From assembly GCA_904063045.1 (NCBI GenBank), contig CAJFCJ010000018.1, positions 62,001-126,000 on the forward strand: 64,000 bases of DNA, in the 5' to 3' direction. This stretch comes from Dimorphilus gyrociliatus. Its lineage: Eukaryota; Animalia; Annelida. Of this stretch, positions 39,835 through 51,326 are shown piece after piece. The notes below the pieces were generated by a model. That model made no database searches. It saw only the letters and a list, made by a program, of their open reading frames with translations, and was not told where the DNA came from. The translations under genes were made by a program, and so were the position numbers. Position 1 is the stretch's first letter; each line of letters starts with the position of its first letter.

Positions 39835-41703
39835 ATGTGGCAATCTCTAACAAAGTCTAACGGCGTAAATTGTATTAAAAACAGCTTGAAATCTCAGTTA
39901 TATCTAAGGGATTTTGCTAGCAAGAGATGGAATACTGCTCAACATACATTGGCAGTAAGAAAGAAGATAGAAGAACTGAGGAAGAAAGCTCTGCTTGGTG
40001 GAGGAGAGAAAAGAATTGATGCTCAACACAAACGGGTATGCACTATCTCTTTTGACGTTTTTGCAAATAATTGAATGTCGTTGCTTTAAAACAGGGAAAA
40101 CTAACAGCTAGAGAGAGATTAAATGTTTTGTTAGACAAACAGTCTTTCATTGAATACGATGCTTTTATGGAACATGATTGTGCAGATTTTGGTATGGAAA
40201 ACCAGAAGGTAAGTAAACGGTTTTGTAACTATGAGTCTATAAAATTATAAATTAATTTTAAAAACTCAGTATGCGGGAGATAGCGTAATAACTGGTAGAG
40301 GCAAAATCAATGGTAGAACGGTTTTCGTCTTCAGTCAAGATTTCACCGTTTTTGGAGGTAGTTTGTCTGGAGCTCATGCCAAAAAAGTTTGCAAGGTTTG
40401 GGCAATTTTTGCACTATCATAAATTATAACAAATGTAATCGTCTTCTTGCAGATCATGGACCAAGCAATGTTGGTTGGCGCTCCGGTTATTGGTTTGAAT
40501 GATTCAGGAGGAGCAAGAATCCAAGAAGGTGTTGTGTCGTTGGCTGGATATGCAGATATCTTTCAGGTTTTATTAAAATATTTTCAAGCAATGAAAATAA
40601 AACTAATATCTGAATTACGTCCTTAATAGCGAAACGTTATGGCTTCAGGAGTTATTCCACAAATTTCTTTGATTATGGGACCCTGTGCCGGGGGTGCCGT
40701 ATACTCGCCAGCTCTTACCGATTTCACTTTTATGGTTCAAGACACTTCTTATCTTTTTATCACTGGTCCTGATGTTGTAAAAGCTGTAACTCAAGAAGAA
40801 GTTACTCAAGAAGAATTAGGTGGAGCCAAAACTCACACTACATTGTCTGGAGTTGCTCATAATTCATTTGAAAATGATTTGGATGCTCTTCTTCGTTTGA
40901 GGGATTTGTACAACTTTCTTCCCCTGTCAAATCAAGATGAAGCCCCTGTTAGGAAATGTTCTGATCCATGGGATGTAGATGTTCCGGGACTGGATACTGT
41001 TGTACCTCTTGAGTCAACGGAAGCATATGATATTAAAGACGTCATTAAAGGTGTAGCCGATGAGGGTGAATTTTTCGAAATTATGCCAAGCTATGCGAAA
41101 AATATTGTAATTGGATTTGGCAGAATGAATGGCAGAACAGTTGGCTTTGTTGCCAACCAACCGAAGTCAGCAGCTGGAACATTGGACATTAACTCATCTG
41201 TCAAAGCAGCAAGATTCGTTAGATTTTTGGATGCTTTTAACATTCCCATTATAACTTTTGTTGACGTTCCCGGTTTTCTACCAGGAACCCATCAAGAGTA
41301 TAATGGAATTATTAGACATGGAGCCAAATTACTGTATGCTTATGCTGAAGCAACCGTACCGAAAATCACAATAATCACAAGAAAAGCGTATGGAGGAGCT
41401 TATGATGTTATGAGCTCCAAGCATTTAAGAGGAGACATAAATTACGCTTGGCCGTCTGCAGAAGTTGCTGTCATGGGGGCCCAAGGTGCCGTTAAGATTA
41501 TATTCAGAGGCAAGGATGTACAAGAAAAAGAAGCGGAATACATTGACAAGTTTGCTAATCCGTTCCCTGCAGCCACTAGAGGATATGTTGATGATGTTAT
41601 CGAGCCGAGAACAACTAGAAGGAGAATCTGTCTGGACCTGGAAATGTTAAGAACAAAGAAATTGAAGAACCCCACGAAGAAACATGGAAATATTCCTCTG
41701 TAG
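39835..41703 (+). CDS. PCCB: Propionyl-CoA carboxylase beta chain, mitochondrial
   Basis: Presequence-like N-terminus, [16 protein letters not shown]|[85 protein letters not shown], ending KKHGNIPL-stop. Confidence 0.98.
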
Positions 41704-41851
41704 ACAAATGTTCCTTTTCCCAATTGTAATTTAGTGGAAGAATTTAGAATACACTTTATTATCAGTCTCATCATAATGTACAAATCATTTTAAAGGCAAA
41801 ACAATTGATTCCAAATAGTAAAAAACTTCACAAAAATATCTATAGTTTTCG

Positions 41852-42752
41852 CTATCGTCTTTCCGATGATTGAGGTTGAGTTATACGAGTTGTTGGCGGA
41901 TACCCCGAATAACCTGGGTTTTGGTAGCCACTTTGATTATATCCTTGGGTTCCCGTATTGAATCCAGGCCGTTGTTGCCCATAACCATGTCCCGGTTGAT
42001 CATATCCTCCGTAGCCTTGTCCGTAGCCACCACCATAGTAGCCACCTTGAGGAGGCGGTTGACCATAGCCACCTTGAGGAGGGGGTTGACCATAGCCACC
42101 TTCTGGATGAGGCTGTTGACCGTAACCTTGAGTATGCCACGTTCCAGAATTAGGAGGTGGTGGATTTTTCATGTTCAATGTGAAACAGCAGCAATCTACA
42201 ACCTGACAATCTGGAGAAGTACACTGACAAAACGAATCTCCACACTGATGGGGATAAAGAGAATGATAACTTAAACCACATTGCATAAGCAGAGTGTAAT
42301 ATTTAACTTACCGAACATGTTCCACCAGCACAGCACTTTTGACAGCATCCTTCTTCATCGAAACAACATTTACACATGAGAAGATCTTGACAAGTAAAAC
42401 GTTGTCTTTCGCATGGACAAATCCTATCTAAGCAAGCATTCAAGTTTGGCGATTGACAACAATTTGTGCATTGTGCACATTCAATGCAACATTCACAACA
42501 TTGGGTATTTCCCTCTTTTCCGAGACATGTACATCCGCATTCAGGGCAGCATCCCCTCCTTTGACATAATTCTTTAACAATGAACAAAATTATAATCAGA
42601 ACTAAAAATCCACCAATTGAAACGCATAGGATGGCAGGCAAAGGAAATGAATCCTCTGTAACCGGTGCCCTTGTTGCTATCGGCTGCAGGAGAAATTAGT
42701 TATTAAACTGCAATGAGTCTATTAAAACATATCTATCTATACGAACATTCAT
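41852..42752 (-). CDS. Orphan single-pass membrane protein with Cys-rich region and Gly/Tyr/Gln/Pro-rich tail, about 256 aa
   Basis: Exons 42683-42312 and 42244-41852 join in phase 0 across a gtaagt...cag intron. A putative first exon ATG AAT lies at 42752-42747 (uncertain). TM segment ILCVSIGGFLVLIIILFIV, about 33 Cys in about 113 residues, then GYGQPPPQG repeats. Confidence 0.8.
42039..42102 (-). repeat. 27-nt tandem repeat (about 2.4 copies) encoding GYGQPPPQG
   Basis: + strand TAGCCACCTTGAGGAGGCGGTTGACCA (42039-42065), TAGCCACCTTGAGGAGGGGGTTGACCA (42066-42092), TAGCCACCTT (42093-42102). One mismatch between the two full units. Confidence 0.9.
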
Positions 42753-43233
42753 CCCAAGCTTCAAAAGGACATTTGAGTCTTAAAAATTTAATCAAATAAC
42801 ACTTCGACACAGTTTATAATATTTACATAGAATTTAAGTTAGGAACAATCTCTTAATAAAGCATATTTAACGGAAGAATTTTAGAGAAGTTGTTGCCTAG
42901 TAAACTATTTGCACCACGTGACCTATGCGGTTCGTGTTCTGTTCTATATTGCTTGATGAATTTGCAATGGTGTTCAGTGAACCAGGCAAAAATATTATAG
43001 ATTTGGTTACCTGTCTTATACAAAAAGTCTAATTCAAAGTTAAAAATATCACCAACTAAAAAACTGTATTCTAAAAGCCTTTAAGCACACCACGTCAGTG
43101 TTTTCTTCACAAAAATATGATATAAAAAATAAGTCGACATGAACGTGTTCTCATGGGAACATTTTTATCATACACTTGTAATTTATTGCTTTCAGTTCCT
43201 AAAAACTTTCGTAGAAAAAGAGCAGATTCGCGT

Positions 43234-46200
43234 CTAAGTTTCACTATGTTTTGTTGTTGCACTATCTGAATGATACCCTTCACTGTTCTGGAATTCAACA
43301 GATGGAGCTTTTGATTCATCCAATAATGGTTCACTTTTACCCCCCACAGCTGTCATTTCATACTCATAGAGCGGATTGTTTTGAATAGTCATTTTGCAAG
43401 AGGCACTTGGTAAAGGAAGAAGGCTTGGGGGCCGTCGGTTAGACGTTGGTGATGATGAGGGACTGGACAAACTTGAGATGGGAAGAGGAGAATAAGTCGA
43501 GTATGGGGGTGGAAGTGATAAGGGTGCATAGATAGGACTTTGAGACCTTCGCTTTGGACTGCGGTGGGGGTGAAGAGACAGTCTTGGAGATTCTTGCCGC
43601 ATTTGGGAGGGATTTTCATAAATAGGGTTTGGTGACCTCTTGCACTTTTTGTTTGGATGTAGCTTAAGGGAGCTTTCTGCGTCACCACTGGACGGGGAGA
43701 GTTGCTGAGCTTTGGCTGTAGCTTCAGCTAGATTTCTCGCTGCGACGTCAATCTGTTTTAGCAAATTTTCAATGTTATTCGATGATCGATTCGGGTCAGT
43801 TTGAGGAGGGGGGGGAGTTGGCGTTGACAAGGATCCATTGCATTCAGTAGAATCAGAATCAGACGACGAATCACAAGAATCGGCTTCGGCAGTATCAAAT
43901 GTTTGTTTGATCGATTGAAGTTCTGTATCAAGCATATTTGCTATATTATTGGGTCCTTCACTTTCCTGTACTGTATTAGGAGCAGAATTTTTTAAAATGC
44001 CTCTATCAGGCTTACGAAGGAGGCCATCAACAGCTAATTGCTTTTCTTCTGTGTTTTCACTTTCGGCTTCACTTAGTGATGGAGTATCTCTACGTTGTCT
44101 TCTATCTTTTTTCTCCTTTCTGTAAAATAAAGTAGTCACTTAATAAGATGATTTAAGTGTTAGCTATTTTTTTGCAAACCGGTATGTAGGCATGCTTCCA
44201 AAAGATATAATTCTGTTCTCATTATTAATTGCTTCGTAGAAAGAGCCATTCTGGGTGGCATTTAAGAGTTGTTTATTAAAGTATAACTTTCGTTGACTCT
44301 TTCTTTGAAGTCTCTTCGGGCTACGACGCCTAGGTAATAAATATTTAATTTTCAATTAATTCAGTTCACGTGTTGATTTCCTAATTGTAAAAGACATTAC
44401 TTACCTATAACAAACGATAAAGATAAAACAACAAAGAAAAGCTCCTCCAGCACCGCATGAAAGAACGATAATAAGCCATAATAAAGAATTCTTCTTTTCT
44501 GTTAAAAATCAAAAAAATGTCAAAAGAAAATGTTTAGAATGCCAGGATTTAATATGAATCTAATTAACCTTTCGAGCTTTGCAGTAAATCATCGGCCTGA
44601 GTCGTATCAGGTCGATTATTTAGACTAAAAATTTCACCCATCGGCATTTTGTCAGTCGGTCTGACGTACTCACAGCTTTCTCCAGTATATCCCTTGTTAC
44701 AGAAACATCTACCTTGGTTACTGCATATTCCATTTCCAGAGCAAAGTTTTCTATGTAAACCTCTTGGGCAATCCGAAACACGCAATTCTTTTAAATGTGT
44801 ACATTTTCCTGATAGGCAAATTGATGATTCGTCACACTTTGTGCCATTTCTTACTAAAGCCTGACTGCTTTTCTTCATGAGGCTCCTTGAGGAGTAAATA
44901 GTTGCTAGCAAATCGTCAGTTAATAGATTAAAGAAAAATAACTAACTTGCAATGTAAACTTCCAAGAAATGACTCTACAGCTTCCGTGTGATAAGTCATT
45001 TTTTGTGTGTTTCCTCCACGGCAATGTAACAGGCCGCATCGAACATTTCTAATTTGATGGGATTAAGGAGAAGAACAAATATATTCTTATAAACTGTATA
45101 AGAGTTTATCGCTACTTACTCTTCGTCACACTTTTTATAATTTTGACCCTCTACCCCACAATGACCTTGGAAGTTACCATGTACATTATATATTCTAAAA
45201 CATTCGTTATCGGCCGCCTCAGAATCAGGACCCCAGATGGCGCGGCACTGATCCGTGGAAGTGATGCATTCCCCAGCGTAGCAATAGCTTCCTGTACAGA
45301 TTTCGCCATCTCTTACATATTCATTGTGTGGACACTAAAATAATAAATAAATAGAGAAAATTCAAATTTATGACATCTAAATGCAGACCTCGCCGCTAAC
45401 ACCGTTACAGTATTCCGGTACATCGCATTCTCCTATCGCTTCCCTGCACACGTGCCTATTAGAGAGAATCTGACAAATAGGTAGAAAAAAAAATAAAGCG
45501 TTAGAGATCGCGTAACCTAAGTAATAGGAAAATTACATATAAACTTACTGTGCAATTCCGACAGCAACTTCCCGACCTACACGTGGCCCACGATTGCAGC
45601 AGGCAAGTGTTATGATCACAGCAAGGGTCAGAATTGATGCATTCCTATTTGAAGAAAACTTTAAGCAAAGAGAAAGAGAAAGCCAATATTCTCTATCTTA
45701 TCGATAGCAGCAATAGGGCTGACCTAGATTATTTTATTATTCCCTTACCTCTCTACTACGGCAATCGCATTCTTCACCTCTTTCCACGATTCCGTTACCG
45801 CAACGTTGAGGAAAGGATATCTGTCGACATAGTCTCTTTTATTTTCATCGAAAAGTTAAAACAAACAGATAAGGTCAATTTATCAAAACTTACGGAGGAT
45901 TCGTAGGGAAATAAACAATGAGCATGGACTTTTAAAAACTTTTCCTTCTGGATATTTTCCCAACAGAATCTAAAATTCGTTCCTCTTTCTATCATACACT
46001 CTGAATCGCCACAGCTGCAATCTGTATAAGGAGTAAGTTTTTTCTAAGGATTAAATGTAAAAGTCTTACCAGATTCATTAAATCCAATTAAATTAAGAAT
46101 AGAATGGAAGGTTGAATCGATTCTTTCATGGACGTTGTCCGAATACTTTACAACAGCTAAAGCCCTTGATGTGCACAATGAGTCGGGTAAAGCAATGTGT

Positions 46201-48696
46201 TGCTTATCATCTGAAAAATCTTTCGCTCTTCAAGGAGAGAAAGTAAATGTTTTTTTTAAACTTATTACGAAAAAGTAAATAAGAAAGTGGGTGATAATTT
46301 ACGTGTAAAGTATGGCTATTCTTGCCCTGGGAGGTCGTATGCTTTTTGTCCAATATCCAACCAGATTGTGCAAAGTTTCCCTAATTGACAATGTTATCGG
46401 TATGTGATCTCGTTTATTCCACATTTCCATATAAGCGACGCCCAACTTAATATTGATTTTTCCCAAAAGCTGTACGAACAAAGGAAGTGAATAGGGGATA
46501 TCTTAGACAACACAACCAAATTTCTTTCGCTTGTGGTAAGAAATCTTGCTCACCTTATCAGCTACAGCCGCCGTTAGCAAAGTCTCACCGACTATCGGTA
46601 GGTTAACTTCGTTTAGGGAAGTAAGCTAAACGAAAAATATATCTTTAAACTTTATATTCATGCATATAAAATCAATAAATAGTTTATTTAATTTGTACAG
46701 AAAGCTTTCTGATTTATAGTGAATAAATGTTATCTAACTTACTAGGGAATGATCAAGTAATAAAGCAACATTCAGAATGTCAGGCTGTCTGTTCTTCATC
46801 CTATCTTGTTTGATCAACTTCAAATTCCGTTTATATAAAGCTCCATTAAGTTTCTCCAATGACTTCCACATTCCCGATTGACAATTACCTAAAGAAAATT
46901 AAATTCTTTTTATTCGAATTTCGAACTCTAACAGTATTTGAGAGAAAGCAAATAGGCCTAACCGCAAGATTTGGAAGTGATAGAGCTAGTTAGTTCCGTC
47001 CAAACGTATACAGTTGATCCATCCGTCTGTTAACATATAAAAATCTGGTTTGAATTAACCGGAGAAGAAAGAAAATTGGATGAAAAGGGTGAAGATAATA
47101 AAACGTGCCCAATTGCAAACAAAATAACGAAAAAAACGACAACATAAATAAATACTAGTACACATAAGCACCTGGTTATTCGGATTGCGTGTTTGATGCA
47201 AAAGGTATATGCGTTCTCCTATTCCCAAAACGCCACTGTACATAAACAATAATTACTCATAAGTAACAAAATCGTGGAGAATATGGGGTTTTATTGAAAT
47301 TGGCAACGAAAATATACTCTCTAAAAGTTATTACATTTGGTCGCCAAGTAAGAAACTAACCGTAAAGGATGGCAGACGCTTAATACTATAAATCCACCAT
47401 CTTCAACGTCTCCTTCGTAAAAGCAATTTGGTAAACGCTCTTTTACGAGTATGCTTCGTTTTCCGGCATCGTCGTACAATCTACTAAAATTTTCAGATAT
47501 AAATTTCCTTTTTAAACGAATTTTTAAGGAGAGAAGGCGACTGTTGAAAGATGCTTCAAAAAGAAGGCGTTTCGGCAGCTGAAAACACAAACGAAATCCT
47601 TGTATTATTTACATAATGCGAATAAGAGAAGAGGATAAAGTAATTTTTAATTTTGACTAAGTTAAAAAGCTTGTTATGGCGGAAAATTTTTGCTAGGCAA
47701 CCGATTTTTTTAACTTGAAAATAAAAGAGAAATAAACAATTATTGAGAAAGAAAAGCTGTAAAAGTAATAAAACAGATAATATAAACTGTACAGTGTATC
47801 ATTCGCTGAACTGTTTACAAGATGTACGGTTTACATACCTTTGCAAGGTTAATAAATCTGACGGGTATTTTTCTAGTCGCTTTATTTCGTTTCCATTTAT
47901 AAAATCGAGGAAGCGTGAGAAGACCTCTCGTTTCGCCCCAGCTAGAGGTCGTTAAGTTCATGCCAGACGCGTTTTCAAAGGGCGTCTCGGTGTGGTTATT
48001 CTCACGACTAGTCGTCTCAATTGACTCTGACAGCAGAAATTAAAAATTGAGTAAATTGATTGCATATATGTAAGTGGGCCATGCTCTTTTCTTTTAAGAT
48101 ACAGATTGATAAATGGTATTAACAAAATGACTCATTATTCTTCTGTCAAAATACAACAACCCAATATTATTTTTTTTGCTTTGTTCAACACTAAATGTCA
48201 TTTTCGATAGTAATATCTATCGTTAAAAGATTAGAATGTAAACAATAACATTTAAATGTTTATTATACAGTTAAATTGTATTGAGTATTTTTAACCTATA
48301 TTTTAATGACTTTAATGGTTTCAAATCTATTTAAAACAAAGGCGAGTGAAAGTGTGCTGGTTTAGCATTTTCCAAATGCTGATAACGCTTTGAAACATGA
48401 TCCGTACTAGCCCAGTTTTTTTGTTGGCTTTAAATGAAGTTTCCATATCGATCAAAAATATTCGCAATATATAATTTTATCAATTGTTCTTTTAATTTCT
48501 ATTGTTCTTTTTTTTCTACTCTCTAAACTACGTAAATGACTGGTTTTGCAAAAAAATTAAAGTAGGCGCCAAAATGGGCGATAATACCTAAGACCATATT
48601 TAGACAAAGTACATTTATCTTACCGAAATCCGTAAAATTCTGACCACATCCAAAAGAATAAACAAAAGTTAAAATATATAATATTAAAATCCACAT
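43234..48696 (-). CDS. Non-proteolytic ADAM (ADAM11/22/23, UNC-71/mind-meld-like)
   Basis: Signal-peptide exon 48696-48624 (MWILILYILTFVYSFGCG). Prodomain CFYEGDV..LSVCHPLR, degenerate reprolysin domain, disintegrin CGNGIVERGEECDC..CREAIGECDVPEYC, Cys-rich region, EGF CSGNGICSNQGRCFCNKGYTGESC, TM LLWLIIVLSCGAGGAFLCCFIFIVCY, RIISFGSMPTYRK, long cytoplasmic tail, stop at 43236-43234. Confidence 0.92.
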
Positions 48697-49270
48697 GCCG
48701 ACTTCTCAAGGAAGTTTGGCGATGGCCAAGTTAGAGCGATGTAAACTTTGTTTGGTATTAGCGCTTTTCATAGGCGTTTACCAGTTTTCTCGTGGTACAT
48801 TTTTGCTATATATGCTGACTTTGCTGCCATCTGTTGACAAAAACATAATCATAACAATATTTTTATCTCTGCGTAAGATTTTTATCGTATAGCTTCTTGC
48901 ATTCGTCTGATTTTCTTACTGAATTTCAATTTATAACAAAATAAAGTAGTTGTTCCTTTTCGATGTGATAAGATTAACCGGTTATTTAACATTACGGATC
49001 TTCACTTAGTAAAGTAATAGCTTTAACTTTTTAGTTTACTACCAAACTTTTAAAAATAGGCACATTAGGTACAACAAAACATTTTTTTCAAGTAAGTCCT
49101 ATGTTAATAAAGGTATGTTATGTTTAATTTTCACATTTCAGATATTATATATGTGAAATTTGATTTCACTGCTTTCGATATTCTCAAAATATTTGTTGTT
49201 TTAATATAATATGAAAAAAACACTTTAATAACGATATTAAAAGTATTAATATTGTTTATGCTTAATTTAA

Positions 49271-51046
49271 TCAAGAGTTCGCCATTTCTCTTTCAATAGT
49301 TGCTCCTAACCAATCAGGAAAAGCAGATGTAATTCTTTCAATTATGTTGTTAACTTGGAAGCATAAACCATGTATTTGTTTATCCCAACTAGGTAGTGGA
49401 TCACTCGCTGAGATTAAATAACAAATAATAATTAACAACTTTATTGGTCTCTAAGGAAATTCAACTTACATCCAAAGTAAACAATCATTGCAATTTGATC
49501 AATGTGCCCATTCATTCGACCTTCGCTGATCATCTGAGAAGCTATTTTTTCAGCTCGTAAAGGATCTGATACGAAAGAAAAGTTAAACTTGAATATTATT
49601 TTATATTTTTACTAACCAATTTCTAACAGAGCTCCCAGCTCTTGAAAAGAAATATTATTATATAACTTTGAGGCAGAGAGAAGATTATGCTCAATTATAG
49701 CTCTTTCTAAGATAGTCCCCCCATCAGATGCAACAGCTTTCTGATGTGGTAATAGAAGTTTCTCAAATTCTGTTACGTCTGTTGTTTTGATAATATGTTC
49801 CAGATGCATTTTTTCTAGAATGGATATAAAAGTAAACATTTGACACCTTTCATCTTTGAATAAAGTGGCCAACATTCTTGATCGCACTTGTCCAGCCTTT
49901 GCCAAAATTGTACAAACTATTGCATTCCTCAAAGCCCTCATTCTTTCTGGTTCATCAACTTCTGTCTTATAAGACAATTCATTATACTTTTGGGCGGCTT
50001 CAATAAATTTTCGACGATAATCCAAAACTTTTGCATAGCATGCTTTATAATAAATTTGTAAGTCATTCCTACTGCTGTCTGTGACTAACATAGATGCTCT
50101 CTTGATATATTGTTCGGCTCTACCAGGATCTTCATCTTCCAAATATAATCGTGCAATTTTCAAGTAAGTTTCTAATTTGTAATCGTTAGAATATTGCTTT
50201 TGAGCAGTTTCTAGTGGTATTCCGACTAAGGTTGTAGCAGCACTCTTCCATTCTCCACATTTTTCGTAAACTTCAGCTAAGTATTGTCGAATATTAGCAA
50301 CTTGTTCTTCGAATGAGATTACTCGTGGATTTAATCTTTCCAGAGTATAGCGAGATACAGTGATTACGTTGTCGTCTGGTAATTTTTTTAATTCCGTACA
50401 AAATTCAGATAGTAGTTGTCTAGAAATCACCAAACTGACATTCTCGTTGACCACTGAAAAAAAAAGTTGCCGTTAAGTCAAGCTCGAATAAAGTTTAGAA
50501 AGCAGCTATTTCAAAAAAAGGAAAATTTTTGATAACTATAAATTTTATCTGAGTATTTACAGGCATCAACAAAGTCTTTAAGGCCTTCAGTACGATTTTT
50601 TTCTTCGTTCTTTAGAATTGATGAGAGTATGGCTTTAAATCTAATTTCGAAGATATGATGATTAATAGTTAAAAAAGATATTAGCGTTTAATAATGTTTA
50701 CCTATCCGTTTTCTCCTTATGAGAAGAGGAACTCGACGAATTTGATAACGTATGGAGTAGTTGTTTCCAGTTTTTCTGTCAATAAAAATTAAAGGATAAA
50801 TAAATTATATTTCTGTACTGTTGGAATTTGATACGAGAATTATAGAGGTTCTGCAAATAATCGGGCTTTTTTTGAGATGGGTTTTCAAGTTGATAGTTAC
50901 ATTTTACATGTTATATTACTGCTAAACTCTCAAATAAAGAATTAGGTAGAAAAGTACATTTTATGTAATGTCAATCGATGTATTCATTAGAAATATAAGC
51001 AAATAGAAAATTATCTAGCTGAACTTACCGAATCCATGTCCGCCAT
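49271..51046 (-). CDS. COPS4: COP9 signalosome subunit 4
   Basis: Exon 51046-51029 (MADMDS). [121 protein letters not shown]. Stop at 49273-49271. Confidence 0.98.
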
Positions 51047-51270
51047 ATTATCTCTTGATCGGTTACCGAAGTAAAACACACTTACCGGTTCAACGTACCA
51101 GTTTTTTTTAAAGAAAATAAAAAGATTTTTCATTATATTCAGTTGAAAGTTTTAGAAATAGGTTATACTTTCGAAGAATGATATAATATGAAAATTCAAT
51201 TTAATAAAATTTGAGGGTGTGATATTATTTTAGCACTCGTAACGTTTGATAATTTAAAATCGATAGGCTC

Positions 51271-51287
51271 GAACTGAAACCGAAACT
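51271..51287 (+). promoter_or_regulatory. ISRE / IRF-binding element upstream of the RIG-I-like gene
   Basis: GAACTGAAACCGAAACT contains an exact GAAANNGAAACT core (51276-51287), 39 nt before the RLR ATG. Confidence 0.6.
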
Positions 51288-51326
51288 TGGAATTTTTTAT
51301 CTTTTATCTATTAGTAACAGACGACT

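Noticed and set aside
41442-41783. Antisense and alternate-frame ORFs over PCCB (and similar ones over TANC, SLC4, TADA2A, RLR, UNC93A)
   Set aside because: They overlap well-supported coding exons on the other strand or frame and show no recognisable motifs.
41870-42274. 134-aa + strand ORF overlapping the orphan gene
   Set aside because: Antisense shadow of the low-complexity GYGQ repeat exon. The - strand frame has splice support and a coherent composition.
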